From: Candidatus Peregrinibacteria bacterium | GTDB taxonomy: Bacteria; Patescibacteriota; Gracilibacteria; CAIRYL01 | Assembly: GCA_016220175.1 (NCBI GenBank) | Contig: JACRHZ010000075.1 | Span: 1 to 63,373, forward strand | Reading direction: 5' to 3' | Length of the DNA stretch: 63,373 nt | Shown here: positions 51,560-61,423 of the stretch, one piece after another | Position numbering within the stretch: position 1 is the first letter of the stretch | Layout: each line of letters starts with the position of its first letter | Notes under the pieces: model-generated | The model's database searches: none | The model's input: the letters and a program-made list of their open reading frames with translations, nothing else | Told to the model about the DNA's origin: nothing | Program-made: the position numbers and the translations under genes

Positions 51560-51668
51560 GTGGGGAAAAAAATTTGGTCTCATTGTGTCTGAAATGTGGA
51601 GTGAGGACAAATAATTTTGGAACACTTTTCTATTTCCAGTACAATATCGTCGCTTATTTACGAAGATA

Positions 51669-52706
51669 ATGAAAATTCTTGGCATTGAAACATCGTGCGA
51701 TGAAACGGCAGCATCAGTCGTAAAAGATGGGTATGGAGTCTTGTCAAACGTTATTGGATCATCAGAGAAGCTCCATGAAGAGACGAAAGGGATTGTGCCG
51801 GAAATTGCGGCACGCGATAGCGCTTTAAAAATCGCACCCATTCTCCAAAAAGCTGTTCTCGATGCGCGTGTTTCGTGGGAAGAAATTGATGCCATTGCCG
51901 TTACAAATGGTCCAGGACTCCTCGGATCGCTCCTCGTCGGAATTGAGGCTGCGAAAACACTCGCACTGCTTTATAAAAAACCACTTATTCCCGTATTTCA
52001 TATTGCTGGGCATCTTTTTTCAAATATTCTTGAACGAAAGGAATTGCCGCATTTTCCGGTAATTTCACTCACTGTTTCTGGAGGTCACAATGATCTTTAC
52101 GTGTGGGAAAGGCTTTCTGAAATTCAAAAACTCGGATCAACGATTGATGATGCCGCGGGAGAGGCATTTGATAAAGGAGCTCGAATGCTCGGGCTTCCTT
52201 ATCCAGGAGGACCTCATCTTTCTCGAATTGCTGAAGGCGGCGACGCTCAAAAAATTCATTTTCCACGACCAATGAAACAGAGTGGAGATTTCAATTTTTC
52301 ATTTTCAGGTCTCAAAACAGCGCTGTTTTATGAAATTCGTAATCGAGGAGGGCTTCATGAAATTTCTGATTCAGAAAAAGCCGATCTCGCTGCGTCATAT
52401 CAAGAAGCAATCGTTGAGATACTTCTCCAAAAACTATTTTCAGCGGCGGATGCATATTCAGCAAAGGAAGTTCATCTCGCTGGCGGAGTTTCGGCAAATA
52501 AGAGGCTTCGCGAACGATTTCTCGAAGAAGCACAGAAACGAAATCTTCTCACGCGGATTCCAGAAAAAATGTCATATTCTACCGACAATGCCGCCATGAT
52601 TGCAGCGGCGGGATATGTGATGTGGGAAAATGCATCGAAAGAAACGCGAAAAACATTTACAATTCAGAATTTAGAAGTGAATTTGTCACATGAATTTCGA
52701 ATGTAA
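51669..52706 (+). CDS. tsaD: tRNA N6-adenosine threonylcarbamoyltransferase
   Basis: GIETSCDET, HIAGH, DDAAGEAFDK, TDNAAMI motifs. Confidence 0.97.
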   Translation: MKILGIETSCDETAASVVKDGYGVLSNVIGSSEKLHEETKGIVPEIAARDSALKIAPILQKAVLDARVSWEEIDAIAVTNGPGLLGSLLVGIEAAKTLALLYKKPLIPVFHIAGHLFSNILERKELPHFPVISLTVSGGHNDLYVWERLSEIQKLGSTIDDAAGEAFDKGARMLGLPYPGGPHLSRIAEGGDAQKIHFPRPMKQSGDFNFSFSGLKTALFYEIRNRGGLHEISDSEKADLAASYQEAIVEILLQKLFSAADAYSAKEVHLAGGVSANKRLRERFLEEAQKRNLLTRIPEKMSYSTDNAAMIAAAGYVMWENASKETRKTFTIQNLEVNLSHEFRM

Positions 52707-52728
52707 AAAGTGCAAAATTTGATTTTTT

Positions 52729-54060
52729 TCAATTGCCTTTTGTCTCATGAGGTTTGTTTTGTTCCACAAGCTTCTTCATGTTATCGATATAATCGAGCAA
52801 ATATTTTTCGCATGCTTGTAAAATTAATCCAATATATTTTTGGCGAAACTTTTCATCATGAGATGGTATCCATTTTTGAATAAGGTAATCACTGAGAGCG
52901 CTACTACTCGAGAGATCTGATGGTTGATCCTGAAATATAAGAGGGCGCTTCTTTATTGATCTAGAGAATACTCCGAAAAAAAAATTGCGAGAATATTCAT
53001 ATTGAGCAATATTAGTTTTCGATAATTTCTCAGAAATTTCATGGGAAATAACATTTTGATTTTTAGTGGCGAGCGCCGCCTTGAGAGAAGTCAAATCCGA
53101 ATATGCTTCACTAAGTTGAAGTATGGTTAATCTTGTCCGTGGATCTCGAATGTATTCATAATCCTCTGGAGGAAATATGACATCAAAAATAATATTTCCA
53201 GTTTCATTTGCGAAAACGAGTTCTCTTTGTGATTCATAGGGGATATTTGTTTTTTCAGCCGAAAATTGAATTCCTTCTTGAAATAAAAATATCTTCATAT
53301 CATGCCTATTTATTGTTCCACAAAGTGGGAATGGACCTTCTTGTCCTTCGATTTCGGAAAAAAGAGGACTAGGAATTAACATTTTTCCGAGAGTTACAAC
53401 TTTTACTGGAATTAGAGCTTTCAGATCATAAGGATTTTTGAGAGTTGTCTCTTCTATTTTTTCTATAGGATGAAAAAGCCATATTTGCACTTGATATCCT
53501 TCTAATTCTATATGACCGTATCCGTCAAAGTATATTCCTTGACGCTCAAAACTTTTTTGCAGTTTTCTATTGAGATTGATGAGGGAAAGATTTTCTCCAA
53601 GAAGAGTATTCATTTTTGTCACAGGGGATGATGTGATGAGCTCTGTCGCCCTTTTATCATCATCTGTTATTTTTTCTGCTGTTTGAAGAACATTTTTAAA
53701 TTCTTCCGAAGTTCCAATTTGATACACTTGTTCCAATTTTTTGATTTCTTCCTCCGTAATTTCAATATTGGCCCCGGTTTTTTTCAGTGATTGAAATACT
53801 TCTAAAAAAGCGCCGAGAGTGAATAGATTCATCTGCATTTCAAATGTTTTCATTCCTCGAACTTTTTCCTGATTCGAATAAAATTTCTCAACGACATTTC
53901 CTACAATCTCTATAGATTTCGTTTTTTTTTCTTCTCTTTCTCTGCCTTCCTGAATTTTATTCTTCAGATTTACAAGCATCGACTTGCTCCAGTCATATAT
54001 TTCCAAAGCTTTTTCCTGTACCGAAGATGTGAGGGATTTTTCTCCTTCTGGTTTTTGCAT
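52729..54060 (-). CDS. Hypothetical protein
   Basis: 443 aa ORF with no recognisable motif. Confidence 0.6.
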   Translation of the reverse strand: MQKPEGEKSLTSSVQEKALEIYDWSKSMLVNLKNKIQEGREREEKKTKSIEIVGNVVEKFYSNQEKVRGMKTFEMQMNLFTLGAFLEVFQSLKKTGANIEITEEEIKKLEQVYQIGTSEEFKNVLQTAEKITDDDKRATELITSSPVTKMNTLLGENLSLINLNRKLQKSFERQGIYFDGYGHIELEGYQVQIWLFHPIEKIEETTLKNPYDLKALIPVKVVTLGKMLIPSPLFSEIEGQEGPFPLCGTINRHDMKIFLFQEGIQFSAEKTNIPYESQRELVFANETGNIIFDVIFPPEDYEYIRDPRTRLTILQLSEAYSDLTSLKAALATKNQNVISHEISEKLSKTNIAQYEYSRNFFFGVFSRSIKKRPLIFQDQPSDLSSSSALSDYLIQKWIPSHDEKFRQKYIGLILQACEKYLLDYIDNMKKLVEQNKPHETKGN

Positions 54061-54193
54061 AAGTTTTCCTATTTTACTTGGGGCAGATCATACAGAGCAT
54101 TATTTCAGAATTCAAATCCCCCAATTCTTTAGACCTTTTTTGATTGCGCTTTTTCCATTGATCCTTACAATATTTGTAGATTTTTGAGATTTT

Positions 54194-54634
54194 ATGAAAA
54201 TCGCCATTGCCTCAGATCACGCCGGATTTAAATATAAAGAAGAAATCAAGAAATTTCTTGGAAAAAAAGGGCATGAAGTGAAAGATTTTGGAACGAATTC
54301 GGAAGAATCGTGCGATTATCCAGACTTTATTTTCCCAGCTGCGCAGTCAATTTCAAAAGGAGATTCAGAGCGAGCCATTGTTCTCGGAGGATCTGGAAAT
54401 GGCGAAGCAATCGTCGCGAATAAGGCGAAAGGAGTTCGCTGTACGCTTTGCTGGAGCGAAGAATCTGCCAAGCTTGCCCGCCTCCACAACGATTCAAATT
54501 GCCTTTCACTGGGGCAGCGGATGATGAGTTTGGAAACAGCGCTGAAAATAGTCGAAATCTGGCTTAGAACTGAATTTGAAGGAGGAAGACACGCGGTGCG
54601 AATTCAGAAAATAGCAGACTTGGAAAAGAGGTGA
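54194..54634 (+). CDS. rpiB: Ribose-5-phosphate isomerase B
   Basis: SDHAG, DYPD, GSGNG, FEGGRH motifs. Confidence 0.96.
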   Translation: MKIAIASDHAGFKYKEEIKKFLGKKGHEVKDFGTNSEESCDYPDFIFPAAQSISKGDSERAIVLGGSGNGEAIVANKAKGVRCTLCWSEESAKLARLHNDSNCLSLGQRMMSLETALKIVEIWLRTEFEGGRHAVRIQKIADLEKR

Positions 54635-54723
54635 GGTGCATTTGGGAAATTTTGAATTTTAAATTCTAAATTTTAAATTTTTTTTAATCTAAAATCTAAA
54701 ATTCAAAATCTAAAATTATCTAT

Positions 54724-55005
54724 ATGGATTCTACAACTCTCATTGGAACCACTGGCGCGACAATTGTCCTCATTGCTTTTATCCTCAGCCAGTTTCGAAT
54801 ATGGAATAATGAATATTTCATTTATGATTTTTGTAATTTTCTCGGGAGTGCGCTTTTAGTTTGCTATGCTCTCCTCCTTTCGAGCCTTCCATTTCTCATT
54901 TTGAATGCTGTTTGGGCGATTGTCTCTCTCAAAGACGTGTATACTGATCTCGTGAGGAATTCGAAGAGAAAAGAGTGCGGATTTTATGAGAAGTGGATGA
55001 AGTAA
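54724..55005 (+). CDS. CBU_0592-like small membrane protein
   Basis: 3 TM segments; Y..N..GS.LL..Y, PF.ILN.VW pattern. Confidence 0.7.
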   Translation: MDSTTLIGTTGATIVLIAFILSQFRIWNNEYFIYDFCNFLGSALLVCYALLLSSLPFLILNAVWAIVSLKDVYTDLVRNSKRKECGFYEKWMK

Positions 55006-55173
55006 GAAATTTTTAATTTTTAATTTTTAATTTTAAATTTTGAAATTTCTAAATAAATCTTAATGTTTAATTTCTAATTTTTAAAATCAGAAAAATGACT
55101 GCGAAGGTTTTTGTTTAAAAATTACGATTTAGAAATTATTTTGAAATTTGAAATTCGAAATTTAAAATTAACT

Positions 55174-55809
55174 ATGCCAAATCTCCAAATATTTCCCTCC
55201 CTCCTTTCCGCTGATTTTGGAAAACTCCAAAGTGAAATTGATCGTTTTGAACCCTATGTCGAAGGATTTCACTTTGACGTCATGGATGGTCATTTTGTTC
55301 CAAATCTTACGATGGGAGCACCGGTTCTTAAAAGTTTACACACAAAAACTCTTTTCGATGTGCATCTCATGGTGGAACATCCAGAAGAATATGTTGAAGA
55401 TTTTCAAAAAGCTGGGGCAAAAATGATCTCTTTTCATGTCGAAGCAGCAAAAGAAAATTCTTCGAATGCACTGATTCAGCAAATTCAAAATCTTGGCATG
55501 AAGGCAGGAATAGTTCTCAAGCCAAAAACGCCATGCTCAGAAGTTGAAAGTTTTTTAGATGCCATTGATTTTGTCATGATCATGAGTGTCGAACCCGGAT
55601 ATAGCGGACAAAAATTTATGCCAGAAGTTCTTCCCAAAATTCGAGAAATTCGAGAAAAATATCCAGAAATGGATATTGAAGTTGATGGAGGAATCAACGA
55701 TGAAACAGTTCGTGAGGTTGTTGAAGCTGGAGCGAATATGATCGTATCAGCATCGTATTTGTTCGGGGCAAAAAATGGAGAAGAAGCAGTGAGGAGTTTA
55801 CGGTTGTAG
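55174..55809 (+). CDS. rpe: Ribulose-phosphate 3-epimerase
   Basis: PSLLSADF, HFDVMDGHFVPN, MSVEPG, VDGGI motifs. Confidence 0.97.
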   Translation: MPNLQIFPSLLSADFGKLQSEIDRFEPYVEGFHFDVMDGHFVPNLTMGAPVLKSLHTKTLFDVHLMVEHPEEYVEDFQKAGAKMISFHVEAAKENSSNALIQQIQNLGMKAGIVLKPKTPCSEVESFLDAIDFVMIMSVEPGYSGQKFMPEVLPKIREIREKYPEMDIEVDGGINDETVREVVEAGANMIVSASYLFGAKNGEEAVRSLRL

Positions 55810-55831
55810 GCGCGACCGCTCGGTCGCGCTT

Positions 55832-56974
55832 TCATGTCATCCTCATTTTCTGTAACCTCTCAATCGCCTTTGCATTCCCCGAAGGGAATGTGTATTTTTT
55901 GAAATCGCTCGGAGAAATCCACTGTATTTTCTCATGTTCAATGCATTTTGGAATTCCTTTTAAAATCTGACATCTAAAAAATCGAAGCCGCCAAAAAAAT
56001 TCTTTTTCTTCCCACACCGTTTCAAAAAAATAGGGTCGAACAGAAATTTCAATTCCAAGCTCTTCCTCAATTTCTCGTTTGAGGCAATGTCTCCAATCTT
56101 CTCCTCGTTCTCGTTTTCCTCCCGGGAATTCCCATCTTCCGCCTTTCCGTTTTTGACGTTTCGCGATGAGGTATTTTCCATTCTGATGAATACAGGCTAC
56201 GGCGACTTCCATGGGAATTTTTGCGGAAAGAATCTTTTTCCGTGGAAGTGAAAGAAGTTTTTTTGTAAAATCTCCCCTTTTTCCACTCTGAAAAAAATGA
56301 CAATAATTTTGCAGCGGACAGATTTCACATTCCGGAGTTCGACTTTTACAAATCATTGCGCCGAGATCCATAAATGCGTGATTCAAATGGGAAGGCGACG
56401 ATCCGTATTGTCGCTGAAAGCGCGACCGCACGGTCGCGCCTACCGGGACATCGGCGCGAATAAGATTCGCGCTTTCATGGAGAAAAAGCGCATTTGCTCT
56501 CGGGATCACTCCTTTTTCCGTACACCCATACACGCGCTGGAACACTCTTCGTAAATTCGTATCGATCGCTGGGACAGCTTTTCCAAATGCGAAGCTCAGA
56601 ATTGCAGCAGAAGTATATTCGGCAACACCTGGGAGGTTTATGAGAAGTAACTTTGATTTGGGAAATTTCCCGTGATGTCTCTCCACAAGCATTTTTGCAG
56701 ACCTCAGCATATTTTTTCCACGAGAGTAAAATCCGAGCCCCTGCCAATACGGCAGAAATTCTTCCCAATTCGCATTTGCAAGATTGTAAATGTTTGGAAA
56801 ACGTTTCAGGAATCGTTCGTAATAGTCGAGAACTCGAGAGACTTGTGTTTGTTGAAGCATAATTTCTGATACCCAAATTTTGTATGGATCAGAAGTTTTT
56901 CGCCATGGAAGATCACGCTTGTTTTTTTTATACCAAGTGAGCAAATCTTTTCGAAGATTTAAAAATTCGGACAT
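55832..56974 (-). CDS. mutY: A/G-specific adenine glycosylase fused to a NUDIX (MutT-like) domain
   Basis: WVSEIMLQQT, HhH, Fe-S Cys motif; WEFPGGK..RE..EELG Nudix box. Confidence 0.94.
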   Translation of the reverse strand: MSEFLNLRKDLLTWYKKNKRDLPWRKTSDPYKIWVSEIMLQQTQVSRVLDYYERFLKRFPNIYNLANANWEEFLPYWQGLGFYSRGKNMLRSAKMLVERHHGKFPKSKLLLINLPGVAEYTSAAILSFAFGKAVPAIDTNLRRVFQRVYGCTEKGVIPRANALFLHESANLIRADVPVGATVRSRFQRQYGSSPSHLNHAFMDLGAMICKSRTPECEICPLQNYCHFFQSGKRGDFTKKLLSLPRKKILSAKIPMEVAVACIHQNGKYLIAKRQKRKGGRWEFPGGKRERGEDWRHCLKREIEEELGIEISVRPYFFETVWEEKEFFWRLRFFRCQILKGIPKCIEHEKIQWISPSDFKKYTFPSGNAKAIERLQKMRMT

Positions 56975-57217
56975 AATCTCACAAAAAAGCGCATGTACTA
57001 TGCCAAAAATCTCTCAGGACGTCCAAAAGAAACGCTCAGGAAACGTGAAGAGAAAAGGATTTTTTAGAGGAGAAGAGAACTTTTTTTTATTTTCGCCCAG
57101 ATTTTCGTTTTTTAGCGAGAAGATGACGTCCTTTTCGTTTTATCGGAGCGCGCGATATTCTTTTCTTCTTAAATACTATTGGTGCCATAAAAAAATGGAA
57201 AAAGGATAGAAATAAAT

Positions 57218-59038
57218 TTATTTTTTTGATGAGAAAAAATGTTTTTCAATTGCAGGAATATTCGTTATTTCCGTATTTCGGTGCTCTTCAGTTCTTTTTT
57301 CGGTCATTTTTTGCGTTAATATTTCATAAAATCTCCCTTTTTTTCTCATAAGTGCATCAAAAGTGCCCTCCTCTACAATTTTCTTCTCAAAGAGAACGAT
57401 AATACGATCGGCTTTCTTGAGCGTTTCGAGATGGTGAGAGATAATAATGGTAGTTTTGTCTTTCGTAAAATCCTCAAGAGATTTGAGCACCAGGTGTTCT
57501 GATTCTGGATCAAGAGCAGAAGTCGCTTCATCAAAAATAAGGAGCGGCGGATTTTTGAGAATCGCTCTCGCAAGGGCTATTCGTTGAAGTTGGCCGCCAG
57601 AAAGGTTTGCATAATTTTGTGAAATAACTTCGTGATATTTTTTCGGAAGTCGCATAATAAAATCATGGGCGTACGCTTTTTGGGCCGCTTCAAATGCATT
57701 TTCGGGAGACGCATCCTTCGCTCCAAAAAGGATATTATCCATCACCGTTCCCTTCATAATAAAATGTCCCTGCTGAACTTCTCCGATTTGTCCTCTGAGT
57801 GATGCGATATCAATGTTGCTAATGTCCATATCATCGACAAATATTTTCCCCTTGATCGGGTCATAAAACCTCATGAGAAGTTTTGTGATCGTCGATTTCC
57901 CCATTCCGCTCGGTCCGATAAGAGCAATTTTTTCGCCCGCTCGTATGTGAAGACTAAAATTTTCGAGCACATTTTCTTTTGATTCGCTGTACGAGAAGGT
58001 AATATTTTCAAATCGGATATCTCCTTTTTTAATGGGAAATTGAACACCCTCCTCAGTTCGAAATGCCTCCTCTCTTTCATCAAGAATATCAAAAATTCTT
58101 CGGAGAGAAACTTTGCTTTTTTGCATCTCGAGATAGGTATTTGAAAGACTATCAATTGCTATAAAAAGCATTGCGGAGATGCTATTAAACGCCACCAAAG
58201 TTCCGATACTGAGTTGTTTGTGAATCACGAGATATCCTCCATACCCAAATACAATAAAAACGGTAACGCTCTTAATTGCGCTCACCAAGCTTTGAGAAAA
58301 AATGTACACATTGAGAAATTTGAGTACCGATGTAATATATTTTTGCAAAATCTGCCCGATTTTTGTTTTTTCAAAAGTTTCGAGAACAAAGGATTTGACG
58401 AGATAGAGATTTTCAAGCGCGTCTTGATAATTCTCGATGCTTTTGTCATAATTTTTCATGAGAGCTTCATACCGAGTATCAATTGTTTTCTTGAATTTTT
58501 CCGTGGTAAGAATGTAGAAGGGGAGCAGGAGAATGCAGAGAAGTGCCATATTCACGTGCATAGAGAGGAGAATTGCGCTCACCACCAGGAGTTTCAAAAT
58601 ATCGAGTACAATTCCAATAAGAGATTCATACATCACACTGTAGAGCTGATCGACATCGTTGGTAAGCTTGGAAACAAATTGTCCTGTTTGATGTTCGTGG
58701 AGATATTTCACGGGGAGATGCTCGATCTTTTCAAAGAGCCTTAGCCTTACATCACGAGAAATATTTTCCTCAGTCATAGCACTGACTTTGCGCTGGAGAA
58801 AGAAAACTACCGAAGGGAGTTCGCTCACGAGAAAGAAGGTAAACACGACATACATGAGCTGCTCATATTTTTCTCCCAAAATAACGGTGTCGATGAGATA
58901 TTCCATAAGAAGTGGCGTTGTCAGATCAAGTCCGAGAGTGATAACGGAAAATACGCCAATAATACATCCCTGTTTCCAATATGGCTTCAGGAAAGAGAAA
59001 AAACGCCAAAGAACTTTTTTTGAATGAGAAGATTTCAT
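57218..59038 (-). CDS. Fused TMD-NBD ABC exporter (MsbA/peptide-exporter type)
   Basis: 6-TM domain plus GPSGMGKST, LSGGQ, FDEATSALD. Confidence 0.93.
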   Translation of the reverse strand: MKSSHSKKVLWRFFSFLKPYWKQGCIIGVFSVITLGLDLTTPLLMEYLIDTVILGEKYEQLMYVVFTFFLVSELPSVVFFLQRKVSAMTEENISRDVRLRLFEKIEHLPVKYLHEHQTGQFVSKLTNDVDQLYSVMYESLIGIVLDILKLLVVSAILLSMHVNMALLCILLLPFYILTTEKFKKTIDTRYEALMKNYDKSIENYQDALENLYLVKSFVLETFEKTKIGQILQKYITSVLKFLNVYIFSQSLVSAIKSVTVFIVFGYGGYLVIHKQLSIGTLVAFNSISAMLFIAIDSLSNTYLEMQKSKVSLRRIFDILDEREEAFRTEEGVQFPIKKGDIRFENITFSYSESKENVLENFSLHIRAGEKIALIGPSGMGKSTITKLLMRFYDPIKGKIFVDDMDISNIDIASLRGQIGEVQQGHFIMKGTVMDNILFGAKDASPENAFEAAQKAYAHDFIMRLPKKYHEVISQNYANLSGGQLQRIALARAILKNPPLLIFDEATSALDPESEHLVLKSLEDFTKDKTTIIISHHLETLKKADRIIVLFEKKIVEEGTFDALMRKKGRFYEILTQKMTEKRTEEHRNTEITNIPAIEKHFFSSKK

Positions 59039-60330
59039 GAATGGCGTCTTTTTTTATGTTGAAATACGTGAGCGGTGTGATGTCCTCTATGTTTTTTTAC
59101 ATATGTCATCTTTCTCGGAATTCCGAGAAAGTCGATAAGATTTTCGTAATATTGAGGCTCGGTTGCGGGGAGAATTGTTGCGGGAATATTGAGAAGTCTC
59201 AAAATATCAACTTCTGGAAATCCAATAAGACCTTGATAAAGCCAACAAATATCTTCACCGCTCGCGAGATATTCCGACACGAGATTGTATCCGAACTCGT
59301 ACACATAATCTCTGGTAAATGAATACCCCTTCGTATTTCCGGGAGAATGAATTCCCATGAAAAATCTGCTCGCTGAGTAAAAAGCGTCTTCTTTTTCAAA
59401 TTGTAGCATTCGAAGTACTTCAAAAATTTTTACAAAATCATCGCCTTTAGCAATTCGGCTAAGAACGAGATTGGAAATATTCATGTCGAAATCTTCCGCA
59501 ACATGAAAAAATTTTTTCATCATGGAAACTTCGCGATACATTGCAATTCCTTCATCGAGAGTGAGAAATCCCTTTGTTCCTTCTTCGAGAATTTGGTACG
59601 GCGAAAAGACAGCATTTGCTCTTTTGAGCGCATGACCTTCAATCTCATGGAAAAATAAGGAAAGTGCTTCAAATGGGTCGAGCAAGGTGTTTTTTGGGAT
59701 TTGAAAGTAAATCGCCTCTCCGCCCATGCTGACATTTGGAATGATATTGTCATCGCCGATTTCAATATTCACGGTAATTCCAAATTTTTTGGTGTAATAC
59801 TGCATCGCTTTTTTCAGAAAAGCAGTAAATTTTTCTGCATCAAGTGGTTCGAGTTTATCATTCGCGTAGGGAAGATCGTCAAAAGCTTTCTTTTTCGAAG
59901 TGATTTTTTGCCGAATATCCGAAAATAGTCGCGCTTCGAGGAGGGTATCTACTATTGTCGGTCTGCCGTAAATTTTTGAACTGTACCGGTAAAACTCAGC
60001 GTCGTCTTTTTTGAGAAACGCGAGGAGCATATGATATGAATCGAAAATATCATCAATTGCTCGCATGTAGAGGAGAAGAAGAGCCTTATCCATTTTGGAT
60101 CTCAAAATCTGCTCTCGAATGTTCTGAACTTCGGTTATCCATCTTTGCACTTCAGTTTTTGAAAATGGACACTCAAATTTAAAATACGGCGCCTTTTTTG
60201 GGTTTTTCAAAAACTGATCACAGGCTTTTTCGAGATTTGTAGGAGCAAAATATCCAATAATATCGAAATTGTGTTTTTCGATCATTTTTGCAAAGCGAAG
60301 ATCGCGTTTTTTGATATGGCGGAGTTTCAT
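59035..60330 (-). CDS. DUF1704 / QEGLA-type (MATCAP-like) metallopeptidase
   Basis: HEIEGH...N, DEGIA and FTRDYVY motifs; 4-nt overlap with the ABC gene. Confidence 0.75.
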   Translation of the reverse strand: MKLRHIKKRDLRFAKMIEKHNFDIIGYFAPTNLEKACDQFLKNPKKAPYFKFECPFSKTEVQRWITEVQNIREQILRSKMDKALLLLYMRAIDDIFDSYHMLLAFLKKDDAEFYRYSSKIYGRPTIVDTLLEARLFSDIRQKITSKKKAFDDLPYANDKLEPLDAEKFTAFLKKAMQYYTKKFGITVNIEIGDDNIIPNVSMGGEAIYFQIPKNTLLDPFEALSLFFHEIEGHALKRANAVFSPYQILEEGTKGFLTLDEGIAMYREVSMMKKFFHVAEDFDMNISNLVLSRIAKGDDFVKIFEVLRMLQFEKEDAFYSASRFFMGIHSPGNTKGYSFTRDYVYEFGYNLVSEYLASGEDICWLYQGLIGFPEVDILRLLNIPATILPATEPQYYENLIDFLGIPRKMTYVKKHRGHHTAHVFQHKKRRHS

Positions 60331-60475
60331 GCAAAAAGTAATGAATTTTTCCAGACATTATATCATATTTACGCGCTTAAGAACAGTGCGAAACACATTT
60401 CAAAGGAAAATACACACGCCGAAACAGGCGTCCAATAAAAATTAGACGCCCGCTTCTTTTTTTGAGGAAACGACA

Positions 60476-60688
60476 TTAAACTGCGAACGTCGCAGGTCCT
60501 CTATGCTTAATTTTCGCCACTCTAGCCGTAGCACGTCGTGCAACTCCTCGAGCGGAAGCATGGCCTCTTTTCGCAACAGCGCGACCTGCACGAGATGTTT
60601 TTGCTGCTCTCCGAACAGAACGAGCGGCAACTTTACCTCGACGAGAAAGAACTCTGGCTTTTTTGCCAGCATAACTTTTCCTTTTCAT
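60476..60688 (-). CDS. 70-aa Arg/Ala-rich basic peptide
   Basis: MKRKSYAGKKARVLSRRGKVAARSVRRAAK...; no acidic residues; GC-rich, coding-like stretch. Confidence 0.65.
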   Translation of the reverse strand: MKRKSYAGKKARVLSRRGKVAARSVRRAAKTSRAGRAVAKRGHASARGVARRATARVAKIKHRGPATFAV

Positions 60689-60930
60689 AATGAAAGGATA
60701 AAAGAATAAAAAACGATGGTGTATATTTGTTTTTCCATCGAACTTATAATAACACAATTTCACCAAAAGATCAAACGTATTTTGAAAAATTTTTCTTAAA
60801 CAAAAAAACTCGAACTACTACAACATTTTGTGAACAACTCACAAAACAATCATAACAACTTCGAGTTTCTTTTTCTTATCGAAAAAATACACTTCGTGAT
60901 TTTTTCGTAGGTTCCTGAAAAAAAGAAAAA

Positions 60931-61011
60931 CTATTTTTTCTTTTTTGACACTTTCTTCCTCCTTTTTGCTACTTTCTTTACTTTCTTCTTCGTTTTTTTC
61001 TTTGCCGCCAT
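60931..61011 (-). CDS. 26-aa Lys-rich peptide (below the ORF-track cutoff)
   Basis: Hand translation: MAAKKKTKKKVKKVAKRRKKVSKKKK*. Confidence 0.6.
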   Translation of the reverse strand: MAAKKKTKKKVKKVAKRRKKVSKKKK

Positions 61012-61423
61012 ATTGTGGGGGGATAAAAATAAAAAAAATTGATCCTTAAAATTGAATCAACTTGTGTGTGATTGTATTCAACATTTTTTTTCAAAGCAAC
61101 AAAAAGAGATGGACAGGATGCGCTTCGTGCAGAAGAATATTTTTTTATTTCAAAATTTATTTCAAAAATATTTTTTTAGAATTCTTGGGATGCAAGTAAG
61201 AATCTAGTGAAAATCATTTTCTGTTTTTCAGAAGAAGAAAAAATATTTTATTAGAAAAAATTTTTCATCAATAAGAAAAAATAATAAATATTTTATTATT
61301 TTATTTTTTTACAATCAAAAAAATAAAATTTAATGTATTCTTGTGTTAATACATAAAAACAATCTCGAGGAATACTTTCGGGAATATTTTTTTAAGTTAC
61401 ATATATCGACATGATTTTTTTGA

